64,000 nt of DNA, taken from assembly GCA_963830945.1 (NCBI GenBank), contig CAWHOH010000021.1, positions 82,606 to 146,605 on the forward strand. The letters run 5' to 3'. Positions 13,035 through 25,200 of this stretch are shown here, in pieces. The translations under genes were made by a program, and so were the position numbers. Source of the DNA: an uncultured Actinomycetota bacterium. GTDB lineage: Bacteria > Actinomycetota > Thermoleophilia > Solirubrobacterales > Solirubrobacteraceae. The number at the start of each line of letters is the position of its first letter. Position 1 is the stretch's first letter. Under the pieces are notes generated by a model. That model saw nothing but the letters and a program-made list of their open reading frames with translations. It was not told where the DNA came from and ran no database searches.

Positions 13035-13600
13035 CCCCTGGCGAGCCCGACAGCCCGGCGCTGCGCACCGCCGCCCGGCGGGGCGTTCCCACCCTGGCCG
13101 CCCATCTGAGCGAGGCTCACGGGATCGAGGTCACCGCGCTTGACCAGCTCGACCTGGGCGTCTATCGCGTGAACCGCGCCGACGGCGAGAGCTGGGTGGC
13201 CCGCGTCTCCCCGGCGCTGCGCCCGCGCGACCAGGTCGAGGGCGACGCCGAGATCCTGCGCCGGCTCGCCGAGCTGAACTACCCCGCCGAGCGCGTCGCC
13301 GGCGACAGGCCGGTCTCCGTGCACGAGGGCTAGCCCATACTCGTCACGTGGTACGTGACGCCCGTCTCGCCGGATCAGCGCCGCGAGGCCATCGTCGCTA
13401 CCGCAGGCACCTCATCCCCGAGCCCGAGGAGCTGGCCCGGCTCGACACGCTGGTGGCCCAGCCGACCCGTGGTGTTCGAGGCCTGGGCCTTCGCCACCGG
13501 ACGCCGGCCCCTCGCCGAGGCGGCGCGCTCGGTCCCGCGGATCCGGGAGTCCGCGACGGCGATCGCCGCCCGGGCGCGCGCCGCGTTCGGCCGCGGCTAA
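13031..13600 (+). pseudogene. Phosphotransferase (APH-like) pseudogene
   Basis: LDLGVYRV.RADG.SWVAR...E.DAEIL..L N-lobe; in-frame TAG at 13331-13333; the frame shifts and the catalytic HGD region is missing; a C-terminal remnant ends at TAA 13600. Confidence 0.65.
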
Positions 13601-14631
13601 CGGCCGTCCAGCAGCTCAAGCCCGCGGGCCAGCATCGGCGCCAGGGTCTCCGCGGCCAGCTCCAAGCGCGGATCGGGCTCGGGCTGGCGGCGGTTGCGCT
13701 TGGCCAGCACCGACATCGCCGCCCCGAGCTTGTAGTAGCAGAGGGCCATGAACCACTCCAGGTCGGCGGGCGCCGCGTCCAGACCGGCCTCGGACACGTA
13801 CTCGGCCAGCAGTTCGGCGCCCGGCGGCATCGCGTCCGCAGCCGCCTGGTTGGCGGCGTCGCGCACTGCGACGCGTTGCTGCACCGGGTCGGTGAAGGCC
13901 ATCAGCCACGCCAGATCGGTGCGGGGATCGCCCACCGACCAGATCTCCCAGTCGATGATCGCCGCCAGCCGCTCGGCGTCGAACTGCATGTTGCCCAGCC
14001 GGTAGTCCCCGTGAAGGATCCGACCCCCGCCCGCCGCCGTCTCCGCCGGGATTCCGGCGGCCAGCGCCTCACGCAGCTCGGGCTCGTGGATACGCAGGTC
14101 GTCGCCGGCGGTGGCGAACAGCGCCGCCCAGCGCTTGATCTCCTCGGCCAGGGTCAGTGGCGCGTCCTCGATTCCCACCGCGCCCGGCTCGACCGCCTGC
14201 AGCCGCGCCAGCATCCGCGCCGCCGCACGTGCTCGCGCGCCGACTACCTCGGGGGCGGGCGGGGCGCTGCTCACATCCCACTTGGGCTCATACGCCTCCC
14301 CGGGCACGAACGCCATCACGAAAAACGGGGGGGACCCGGCGTCGGTGACGAGCACCTCGGGCACGAGGACCCCCGGGGCGCGGTGGACCGCCGCCATCAC
14401 CCGCGCCTGGCGCAGGACGTCGCGGTTGCGCACCGGCTCCAGGCCCGGCGGCGCGACCTTGACGACGACGCGGCGGTCCGCCTCGCCGGTCCCGCTGAGC
14501 GTCGCGGCATAGGTGAGGCTGGAGATCCCGCCCGGCAGCGGCTCCAGCGTTCCCAGGTCGGCCGCCGGCCAGCGGCGCCGGACCGCTCCGCGCACCCGGG
14601 CCGGCAGCTCGCGCAGCGCCTCCTCGGTCAC
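13597..14631 (-). CDS. Phosphotransferase family protein (APH/ACAD10-like)
   Basis: GGISSLTY, RDVLRQAR, HGDYRLGN, IIDWE, GDPRTDL; GTGA overlap with the upstream SDR. Confidence 0.9.
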   Translation of the reverse strand: MTEEALRELPARVRGAVRRRWPAADLGTLEPLPGGISSLTYAATLSGTGEADRRVVVKVAPPGLEPVRNRDVLRQARVMAAVHRAPGVLVPEVLVTDAGSPPFFVMAFVPGEAYEPKWDVSSAPPAPEVVGARARAAARMLARLQAVEPGAVGIEDAPLTLAEEIKRWAALFATAGDDLRIHEPELREALAAGIPAETAAGGGRILHGDYRLGNMQFDAERLAAIIDWEIWSVGDPRTDLAWLMAFTDPVQQRVAVRDAANQAAADAMPPGAELLAEYVSEAGLDAAPADLEWFMALCYYKLGAAMSVLAKRNRRQPEPDPRLELAAETLAPMLARGLELLDGR

Positions 14632-15356
14632 GACCGCGCGTCGGAGCGACGGCCGGCGACGCTGCTGGTCACCGACAGCAGATTGAGCGTCATCCCCGCG
14701 TCGATCAGGAGCTCCTGGCCGGTGACGCTGCCCGCGGCCGGTGACGCGAAATAGGCGGTGGCCGCGGCGATCTCGGCGGGCTGCACCATGCGGCCGGTCG
14801 GGATCTGCTCCATCCAGGCGTCGATGATCTCCTGGGGCATCGCCTTCACGCCGGCGCTGGCCACCAGACCGGGGAGGATCGCGTTGGCGGTGATGCCAAG
14901 CCCGGCATTCTCGGCGGCCACGGTCTTGACCATGCCGATCAGCCCGGCCTTGCTGGCGCTGTAGGCCACCTGGGCCGGCATCCCGAACCGGGCGGCGAAG
15001 CTCGAGATGACGACGATGCGGCCGAAGCGCCGCTCGCGCATCCCGCGCAGGCACGCCTGCACGACCCGGAAGCTGCCGGTCAGGTTGACCGAGAGGTCGC
15101 GCTGCCAGCGCTCGAGATCCATCGAGTGTGCGCCCCCGACGATCGTCGGCACGCCGGCATTGGAGACGAGCACGTCGATGTCGTCCAGGGGCGGCAGCTG
15201 GTCGGTCACCAGGTCGACCTGGAACGTGCACCCGGGCGCGCGGTCGAGCGTCACCACCTCCATGCCGTCCGCGGTCAGCCGTTGCGCGATCGCCGCGCCG
15301 ATCCCACCCGGGTGCGCGGCGCCGGTGACCAGCGCCTTCAGCGGACGGTCCGACAC
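14628..15356 (-). CDS. Short-chain dehydrogenase (FabG/PhaB-like)
   Basis: TGAAHPGGIG, SNAG, YSASK. Confidence 0.9.
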   Translation of the reverse strand: MSDRPLKALVTGAAHPGGIGAAIAQRLTADGMEVVTLDRAPGCTFQVDLVTDQLPPLDDIDVLVSNAGVPTIVGGAHSMDLERWQRDLSVNLTGSFRVVQACLRGMRERRFGRIVVISSFAARFGMPAQVAYSASKAGLIGMVKTVAAENAGLGITANAILPGLVASAGVKAMPQEIIDAWMEQIPTGRMVQPAEIAAATAYFASPAAGSVTGQELLIDAGMTLNLLSVTSSVAGRRSDARS

Positions 15357-15377
15357 GCCGCGGAGCCTAGTGAGCCC

Positions 15378-16145
15378 TCACGCCATCGTCAGGCCGCCGC
15401 TCACCGACAGCGTCTGGCCCGTGATGTAGCCGGCGCCCTCGGAGGCGAAGAAACGCACGGCATGCGCGACGTCCTCAGGCTGGCCGAGCCGCTTCATGGG
15501 AACGGCGCGGGCCAGGCGCTCGAGCACCTTGTCGGCGTCGGGATGGGCCTGGGCGACGTCGCGGAGCATCTCGGTGTCCGTCGGGCCGGGGCAGACGATG
15601 TTGGCGGTGACACCGAGGCGAGCCGTCTCGCGGGCGACCGTCTTGGTGAAGGAGATGATCGCGCCCTTGGCCCCGGCATAGACCGACTCCAACGAGGAGC
15701 CGACGCGGCCCGCATCGGAGCTGATGTTGACGATCCGCCCCCAGCGGCGCTCGATCATCGCGGGCAGCAGCGCGCGGGTGAAGCGCAGGCCGCCCTTGAA
15801 GTTGACCTCCAGCACCTCCTGCCAGAACTCCTCATCGGAGTCCACGAAGGGCTTGAGCTCGTCCCAGCCGGCCACGTTGACCAGCACGTCGACCTGACCG
15901 AACTCCTGGAGCGCGCGCTCGATGCCCGCGGCGACGCTGTCGGGGCTGCGGACGTCGACGTCCAGCGCCAGCGCCCGGCCGCCGGCGTCGATGATGCGTC
16001 GTGCGTTGGCCTGGGCCTGCTCGGTGCGGATGTCGGCGATCACGACGGGCATGCCGTCCTGCGCCAGGCCGCGAGAGATCGCCGCCCCGATCCCGCGTGC
16101 GCCGCCGGTGACCAGCGCAACGCGTCCTGAGGGGCTCGTTGACAT
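15378..16145 (-). CDS. Short-chain dehydrogenase (BadH-like acyl-CoA oxidoreductase)
   Basis: TGGARGIG, NVAGWD, SSDAGRVGSS.E.VYAGAK, CPGPTDT, GQTLSVSGGLTM. Confidence 0.9.
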   Translation of the reverse strand: MSTSPSGRVALVTGGARGIGAAISRGLAQDGMPVVIADIRTEQAQANARRIIDAGGRALALDVDVRSPDSVAAGIERALQEFGQVDVLVNVAGWDELKPFVDSDEEFWQEVLEVNFKGGLRFTRALLPAMIERRWGRIVNISSDAGRVGSSLESVYAGAKGAIISFTKTVARETARLGVTANIVCPGPTDTEMLRDVAQAHPDADKVLERLARAVPMKRLGQPEDVAHAVRFFASEGAGYITGQTLSVSGGLTMA

Positions 16146-16269
16146 GGCGCGGCACGCTACCCCCTGAGCGCGGATGAGGGAAACCAAACCCCCCGTTCGA
16201 GGGGGTCGCCATACCGGCGCCAGACGCGCAGCACCTCGCCGGCCGCGGTGTGCGCACGTACCCACCCCT

Positions 16270-16307
16270 CGAGATAGTTGGACGTCAAACTATTTCGCGG
16301 CTACCAT
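16270..16307 (+). promoter_or_regulatory. Palindromic operator overlapping a probable promoter of the mutase gene
   Basis: CGAGATAGTT-GGACGTCA-AACTATTTCG inverted repeat; TTGGAC (16278) N18 TACCAT (16302), consistent with a leaderless start at 16315. Confidence 0.6.
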
Positions 16308-16314
16308 GTCTTCC

Positions 16315-17973
<1,659 letters not shown>

Positions 17974-18019
17974 CCTGAGCGTTTGCACATCGCGCAGGGC
18001 GGTGGGATCCTCGGCGGCA

Positions 18020-18700
18020 GTGTTCGAGCGGTACACCGAACAGGCCCGCAGCGTCGTCGTCGTGGCTCAGGAGGAGGCTCGGGACCTGTGCCACAACTAC
18101 GTGGGCACCGAGCATCTGCTCCTGGCCCTGCAGCGGCTGCCGCGAGATTCCGTGGTGGGACAGGTGCTCGCCGGGCTTGGGCTGACCGTCGATGGCGTCC
18201 GCGAGCGGCTGAAGGAGCTCGTGCCGGCGGGACAGGACCCGACCGCGGGGCCGATGCCGTTCACCCCCCGCTCCAAGCGGACGCTCGAGACTTCGCTGCG
18301 CGAGGCCCTCAGTCGCGGCGACAACAACATCGGACCAGAGCACATCCTGCTCGCGATCGCTCGTGCTGACGAGGGCAGCGTGGCGATGCGCCTCCTTCAG
18401 GCGCACGAGATCGCTCCGGACCAGCTCCGCACAGCGGTCCTCGACGCTCTGCAGTCGCCGCGGCCACCGGCCGGCGATGTCGTCCGGGACAAGCCGATCC
18501 GGAGGATGATGCGACGCGGGATGCCCTCTCCCACGCCGATTGCCGTCGACTACTCCGGGGCGGCGTGGCGGCTGGTGCTGTCCGCGGCCGCTCGCGCCCT
18601 GGACGACGGCCGCGTGCGCATCGACGTCGCCGACATCGAAGAGGCGCTGCGTCGCCACCGCGACGCCGACGACGCGCCCCCGCAGTCGGCCACCGGCTGA
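18020..18700 (+). CDS. Stand-alone Clp N-terminal (Clp_N repeat) domain protein
   Basis: FERYTEQAR..V..AQEEAR.L.HNYVGTEHLLL; second repeat PFTPRSKRTLE..LREAL..GPEHILL; no AAA+ domain. Confidence 0.88.
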   Translation: MFERYTEQARSVVVVAQEEARDLCHNYVGTEHLLLALQRLPRDSVVGQVLAGLGLTVDGVRERLKELVPAGQDPTAGPMPFTPRSKRTLETSLREALSRGDNNIGPEHILLAIARADEGSVAMRLLQAHEIAPDQLRTAVLDALQSPRPPAGDVVRDKPIRRMMRRGMPSPTPIAVDYSGAAWRLVLSAAARALDDGRVRIDVADIEEALRRHRDADDAPPQSATG

Positions 18701-18726
18701 CAGCAGTCGGCCACTGGCTGACAGCA
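18682..18726 (+). repeat. 21-bp tandem duplication spanning the Clp_N stop codon
   Basis: GCAGTCGGCCACYGGCTGACA x2 plus GCA. Confidence 0.8.
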
Positions 18727-18755
18727 CCCGGACCGCAGTTGTCAGAATCAGGGTG

Positions 18756-19442
18756 ATGCCGATCACCCCACGTCTGTTCGGCGAGCGCGGCCGCAACCGC
18801 GCCGCCGCGCTCGGGATCGACCCGGACCGTCTGCCGCCCGGCCAGTCGCCGACGGTCAAATGGCCGGTGCTCACGGTGGGCGAGACGCCACAGGTGAGCA
18901 CCGAGCAATGGCTGCTCTCGGTCGACGGCGCCGTCGAGGAGCCCTACGTGCTCGACTGGGACGCCTTCACCGAGATGGCCAAGACCGATTGGAGCGGCGA
19001 CGTCCACTGCGTCACGCGGTGGTCGAAGTTCGGCATGACCTGGCGCGGCGCCGACGCGCACGCCCTTGTCGAGCGGGCCAGGCCCAAGCCCGAGGCCAGC
19101 CATCTGCTCGCCCACTGCTACGGCGGCTACACCACCAACATGCCGCTCACCGACATCACCGAGCACCCCGCGCTCGTCGCGTACCAGGCCGAGGGCGGGC
19201 CGCTGGATCCCGATCACGGGGGCCCGGCGCGCCTGCTCGTGCCCCACCTGTATCTGTGGAAGTCGGCCAAGTGGATCCAGCGGCTCGAGCTGCTGGACCA
19301 TGACCAGCTGGGGTTCTGGGAGCGCAACGGCTACCACCACCGCGGCGACCCGTGGCGCGAGGAGCGCTACAGCGTCGACGACTACGTGGCCCGCACGATG
19401 CGCCGCCAGGCCCGGGCCAACGCCCGCGACGGCGGCCTCTAG
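18756..19442 (+). CDS. Sulfite-oxidase-like molybdopterin oxidoreductase
   Basis: RLPPGQ..T.KWPVL, DVHCVTRWS, HGGPARLLVPHLYLWKSAKW, GFWERNGYH.RGDPW.EER. Confidence 0.92.
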   Translation: MPITPRLFGERGRNRAAALGIDPDRLPPGQSPTVKWPVLTVGETPQVSTEQWLLSVDGAVEEPYVLDWDAFTEMAKTDWSGDVHCVTRWSKFGMTWRGADAHALVERARPKPEASHLLAHCYGGYTTNMPLTDITEHPALVAYQAEGGPLDPDHGGPARLLVPHLYLWKSAKWIQRLELLDHDQLGFWERNGYHHRGDPWREERYSVDDYVARTMRRQARANARDGGL

Positions 19443-19450
19443 CCCGCACC

Positions 19451-19473
19451 AACTAAACTCATTGGTTTACTTG
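19451..19473. repeat. 23-bp AT-rich imperfect palindrome, copy 2
   Basis: AACTAAACTCATTGGTTTACTTG, flanked by CCGCAC/GTGCGG. Confidence 0.8.
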
Positions 19474-19506
19474 CTCGTGCGGCCGGGCGGCGCGGGCCCT
19501 CTGGGC

Positions 19507-20112
19507 CTACTTGCCCTTGTCCCGGTGCTCGCCGGTGAGCTTGTGCGTGAGCTCGTCGATGACATCCGAGACGCGGTGCCCGGCGGGCGAGTCGCGCGCC
19601 TCGGTGAAGCGCTCGGAGAGCTCGGCGGCGGCGTCGTCGAGGATCTGGGAGAAGCTGTCGTCGGTGGAGTAGTAGCCGAGATCCTCGTCTGAGGCGCGCT
19701 CGCCGGCCATCTCGCGCACGTCGCGGATCGTCTGCTCGGTGGCGCGCCTGGCCTCCCGGGCGGCGCGCTCGCGGGCCTCGCGGGCTCGCCTTGAGCTCCT
19801 GCTCCATCTCCGCCAGGCGGGCGTCGAGGTCGGGATCTGCGCCGGCGCCCGAACCTGCCGGCGCCGCCGCGCCCCGCCGCGCCCGCGCGCCCGTCGCCGG
19901 CCGCCCGCCGTCGAGCCGCCCGCGCCGCGCCGCCGCCGCGCCTCGGCGTAGGCCTCCTGTACCTCCTCGAAGCGCCGCGCCGACTCCGGCGAGCCGCCGT
20001 TGTGGTCAGGGTGGTGCAGCTGCACGAGCCGCCGGTAGGCGGCGCGCAGCTCGGCGTCGGTGGCCGAGGCGGCCACGCCGAGGGTCCGGTAGGGGTCTGG
20101 CGAGGGCGCCAT
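19507..20112 (-). CDS. J-domain (DnaJ-like) protein, with probable compensating frameshifts
   Basis: DPYRTLGV...LRAAYRRLVQLHHPD..F.EVQEAY; the segment DPDLDARLAEMEQELKA is read in another frame around 19790-19870. Confidence 0.82.
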   Translation of the reverse strand: MAPSPDPYRTLGVAASATDAELRAAYRRLVQLHHPDHNGGSPESARRFEEVQEAYAEARRRRGAGGSTAGGRRRARGRGGARRRRQVRAPAQIPTSTPAWRRWSRSSRRAREARERAAREARRATEQTIRDVREMAGERASDEDLGYYSTDDSFSQILDDAAAELSERFTEARDSPAGHRVSDVIDELTHKLTGEHRDKGK

Positions 20113-20164
20113 CGTGCCAATAGGGTAACGAGCGCAGCCGCAACACCCGAGGGAGAACCGACAC

Positions 20165-21054
20165 ATGTCCGACACCGCCCACGACACCGCCCCCAAGACG
20201 CCGCAGGACGATCACCGCCGATGTGCTGGCGAGCTTCGACGGGCCGAGGACCCCCGCCTGCGCGAGATCATGCAGGCGCTGGTGCGCCACCTCCACGGCT
20301 TCGTGCAGGAGGTGGGCCTGACGCCGCCGGAGTGGGAGGCCGCGATCGGGGTGCTCACGCGCGACCGGCCACATCACCGACGAGCGCCGCCAGGAGTTCA
20401 TCCTGTGGTCGGACTCGCTGGGGGTGTCGATGCTCGTCGACGCGCTGGAGAACACTGTGCCCGCCGGTGCCACCGAGTCGACCGTCCAGGGGCCGTTCTA
20501 CGTCCCGGGCTCGCCGCTGCGCGAGTACGGAGCCAACATCGCCGAGGAGCCCGACGCCGGCGTCCCCGCGCTCGTCCACGGCCGCGTGCTCGACCTCGAC
20601 GGACGGCCCGATCGCCGGGGCCGAGGTCGACGTGTGGCAGAACGGCGACGACCAGCTCTACGCCGTGCAGCGCCCCGAGGCGCCGGAGGATCACCTCCGC
20701 GGCCGCTTCCTCACCCGCGAGGACGGCAGCTACTCGTTCGTGGCGGTCCGGCCCACGCCGTACCCGATCCCCTACGACGGGCCGGTGGGCAAGATGCTCG
20801 ACCTCACCGGCCGCCACCCGTGGCGGCCCGCCCACGTGCACATGATCATCCGCGCCGACGGCTACCGGACGCTGACCACGCACGTGTTCGACGTCGAGAG
20901 CGAGTACCTGGACTCCGATGCGGTGTTCGCGGTCAAGCCCTCGCTGACGCGCGAGTTCGTCACCCACGGCCCCGACGACCCCGACACCCCCGAGGGCGTC
21001 ACGACCGAATGGGTCTCCGTGGAGAACGATCTCGTGCTCGCGCCGCAGGGCTGA
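20165..21054 (+). CDS. Intradiol ring-cleavage dioxygenase (hydroxyquinol/catechol 1,2-dioxygenase type), frameshifted
   Basis: DPRLREIM..LVRHLH.F; RQEFIL.SDSLGVSMLVD; TESTVQGPFY; PYPIPYDGPVG; WRPAHVH; SDAVFAVK, spread over three frames. Confidence 0.88.
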
Positions 21055-22123
21055 TCGCCCTGGCAGGACAGGGGTGCGGCGAGCTCGCCGCACCCGGCGG
21101 CGGCGCCGTGTCGTCGCGCCGCAGCGTCGCGCGCAGCTGCACGAAGGCCACGCTGCCCAGCAGCGCGGGCAGCCACAGCGCCAGCGCGCGGTAGGCCAGC
21201 ACCGCGATCGTGGCGGAGGCCAGCGGCGCGTGGTAGAGCGCGAACAGGCCGATGAGGCCGCCCTCGGTGCCGCCGATGCCGCCGGGGAGCGGGACGAGGC
21301 CCCCGAGCTGCCCGATGATGTAGGCGAGCACGAGGACCGGCAGCGCCGGCGTGTGCCCGAAGGCGTGGAAGCACAGCACCAGCGCCGCGATGTCAAAGCC
21401 CATGTAGCCGAAGGACCCGACGAGCACACCCGGCGAGCGCCGGCGCAGCAGGACCAGCGAGTCCCGGACGCCGTCGCCGATGGCGTTGCGCACATGCCGG
21501 ACTGCCACGCGCACCCGGCCGGCGTCTTCCGGCAGCGAGGACCGGGGCGCCAGGCGGTGGCCGATCACCGGCAGGAGCAGCACGATCATCGCCGCCACCA
21601 GGCCGGCGGCCCCAAAGCCGTAGGTCAGCGCCTCGTTGGTGTCGCCATGGAGCACGCCGGCGGCGAACAGCAGCGCGAAGACCACCAGCGTCCCGACGTT
21701 GGCCAGGCTGGTGAGCAGGAAGAAGGCGACCGAGCGGCGCCCGATGTGCTGCGGCGCTCATGCCGCCGCGCCTGAGCGCCCATGCCCCGAGGGCCAGCCC
21801 GCCGGCGCCCCCCGCGGGGAGGATCGAGTTGGCGCCCTGCTCGGACATGCCGATCTGGTAGCTGAGCCGCCAGCTCATCTTCGCGCAGAACACCGAGCGG
21901 AAGATCACGACGTAGGACAGCGTCGAGAGCAGCTCCAGGACTCCGGCGGCGACCAGCCAGCCCGGGTGACGCGTCGCCCAGGCGGTCGCGCAGGGCGCCC
22001 AGGCCGGGGCCGACGAGGACGATCAGGATCGACGACCAGCCCGACGACGGTGAGCTGGAGCAGGCCGCGACGCAGATGGCGCGGGCTCAGCTCGTCGGGC
22101 ATCGCGTCGGTCAGGTTGGCCAC
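20999..22123 (-). CDS. Lysylphosphatidylglycerol-synthase TM domain (UPF0104) membrane protein, frameshifted
   Basis: LPAGGAGG, LAYIIGQLGGLVPLPGGIGGTEGGL, AVLAYR; several indels. The 3' end is uncertain because it overlaps the convergent gene. Confidence 0.8.
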
Positions 22124-22268
22124 TTACCAATCATAAGCAAGCGCTCACCCGAGCCTCGGTCAGCCTTCAGACTGCGCGCGCTCCCGCGCGCTCGGCGACC
22201 CCTCCCGCCGACTCATACATCCGTCTACGGGTCCAGCGGTTCTGGGGGCGGATCCCGATAACCACGGT

Positions 22269-25200
22269 ATGTGGCTGCGTAAGCGGCATAACTCCGTGCG
22301 CATCTGGGTGCTGGTGGCGACCATGCTCCTGGGCACCGCCGCGGCCGCCCAGGCGCAGCCGTCGAGCCTCAACCTGCGCCAGCCACTGGGCCTCGGCGCC
22401 GTCCATCACCAGGCCGGCGTGCGCGCGCAGGCGCCCAGCCCTCAGGCGCTGGCCGCCTCCGTGCAACAGACCGCCGGCGTGCCGCTCTCCCAGGTCACCG
22501 CCGTCAACGTGTGCGCCGCTCCGCAGCCCGGCCATGCCGCCTGCGCCGCCCAGCAGCTCGTCCTGCGCGCGAACCACCGCCTCGTGCACCCGCACGTCAA
22601 GCCGCACCCGACCTTCACCCAGGTGTTTCCGCGCCGCCGCTCCGGCGTGGGCGGGGCGGGGGCGGTGTCCCTCCCCGAGGGCTCGATGTCCTCCACGCCC
22701 GCGAGCGCACCGGCCGCCGGCACGCCCGCCTTCCTCCAGCAGGCCTACGACCTCACCTACCTCTCGCAGACCGCCGGGGCCGGGGACACCGTGGCGATCG
22801 TCGACGTCGGCGACGACCTCAGCGCCCAGGGCGACCTGGCCACCTACCGCAGCACCTACGGCCTGCCGCCGTGCACCACCGGCAACGGGTGCTTCACCAA
22901 GGTCAACCAGACCGGCGGGGCGTCGCCGCTGCCCAGCCCCGCGGGCTCGGACTGGGAGGCGGAGATCTCGCTCGACCTCGACGCGATCTCGGCGCTGTGC
23001 CCCAACTGCCACATCCTGCTCGTCGAGACCAACAGCTCGTCCATCTCCGATCTCGACGCGGGCATCGCGGCCGCCATCGGCCTCCACGCCAACCAGGTCT
23101 CCAACAGCTGGGCGGGCACGTCCAGCGCGCCGGTCGGCGTGGGCAGCCTTCTCCGGCGCCGCGATCATCGCCGCCACCGGCGATCACGGCTATCCCGGCG
23201 CGGGCGTCGACAACTATCCGGCCGCCTTCCCCGGCGTCACGGCCGCGGGCGGCACGACGCTCTCCGGCGCTGCCGGGGGCACCAGCACCCGCGGCTACAC
23301 CGAGTCGGCGTGGTCGCTCAACAGCTCCGGCATGGGTTGGGGCGGCGGCTCGGGCTGCGACACCCACGAGCCCAAGCCCACCTACCAGGCCGACACCGGA
23401 TGCACGGGCCGTTCCTACGCCGATGTCTCGGCCGATGCCAATCCCGACACCGGCCTGCGGGTCTTCGACGCGGGCAACGGCGGGTGGTTCGTGGAAGGGG
23501 GCACCAGCCTGGCCACCCCGCTCATCGCAGCCTTCGAGGCGCTGACCGGGGTCAACGGCGCCACCGCCCAGTGGGCCTACACCAACAGCGCGCAGCTCAA
23601 CGACCCCGTGGCCGGCTCAACGGGCAGCTGCGCCGCCGGCTATCGCCTACATCTGCAACGCGGGCACCGGCTACGACGGGCCGACGGGCATCGGCTCCAT
23701 CTCGGGAGCCATCGTCCCCGGCGCCCCCGGGATCGGCGGCCCGGCGATCGGCGACGGCACCACCAACAGCTACGCCCAGACGGTGGGGACGACCACCGCG
23801 TCGCTCATCGGCGGCGTGTATCCCAACGGTCTCGACACCACCTACTACTGGCAGTACGGCACCTCGAACGCCTACGGCCAGCAGACCACTCCGCAGGACA
23901 TCGGCTCGGGCACGGCGCCCGTCACCGCCCAGGCGAGCCTCACCGGCCTGACCCCCGGGCGTCACCTACCACTACCGCCTGGTCGCGACCAACAGCGATG
24001 GCACCGACTATGGCTACGACTACACGATGGCCATGTCGACGATCAACAACGTCGCCCCGGTCAACAACGTCGCGCCCGTCGTCTCCGGACAGTCGCTGCA
24101 GGGCCAGACCGTGAGCGTCTCCACGGGCACCTGGAGTCCCACGCCGACCAGCTTCAGCTACCAGTGGCAGCGCTCGACCGACGGCGGCGGCACCTGGACC
24201 AACATCGGCGGCGCCACCACGTCGAGCTACACCGTCACCGGCGGCGATCTGAGCGCGCAGATCCGGGCGGTCGTCAGCGCCAACAACTCCTATGGGACCA
24301 CCACCGTCCAGACGACGCCGGTCACGATCGGGTCCGGCGCGCCGGCTGCCACCACAGGACCCAGCGTCTCGGGCCACGCCAACCAGGGCCAGATCCTCAG
24401 CGCCGTCTCGACCTGGAACCCCGCCGGCGCCTCCTACAGCTACCAGTGGCAGAGCTCGAGCAACAACGGCAGCACGTGGACCAACATCAGCGGCGCCACC
24501 TCCTCCACCTACACGCTCACGGCGGCAGAGCTCGGCCAGCTCGTGCGCGTCGGTGTCACCGCCGTCAACACCTACGGGACGCTCACCGCGTCGAGCGCCG
24601 GCCTTGGACCCATCCTCAACAACGCGCCGATCAACGTCGCCGTCCCCGTACTCACCGGGAACCCGCAGCGCACCGGCGTGCTCTCCACCACCGCCGGCAC
24701 GTGGTCGGGGCTGGGCGACATCATCACCTACCAGTGGCAGCGTTCGCCCGACGGGACCAACTGGACCGGCATCGGTGGCGCCACCGCCTCCACCTACACC
24801 GCGCAGTTCGCTGACGAGGGCGACTTCGTACGCGCGGTGGTCACCGCCACCAACCCGTCGGGCGTGACGAGCACGCCCACCGCGTCGACGCAGATCATCG
24901 CGCCCTTCCCGCCGGCCAATACCGCCCCGCCGGTCATCACGGGCGTGGCCGAGCGCGGCGTGACCCTCAACGCCAGCCTCGGCACCTGGACCGCGCCGGA
25001 CAACATCTACTCCTATCAGTGGCAGCGCGACGCCGGCGAGGGCTACGTCAACATCTCGGGCGCCACCGCGGCCGCCTACACGTTGGTCACCGATGACGAG
25101 AATGCGACGGTCCGCGTGCTCGTCACCGCCACCGACCCCGACGGCACCGTCACCCAGGCGAGCGCCGCCACCGCATCGGTGACCGACGCCATCCCGGTCA

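Noticed and set aside
13331-13333. Pyrrolysine or stop-codon read-through at the in-frame TAG
   Set aside because: The same gene also has a frameshift and has lost its catalytic core; no pyl genes are in the window
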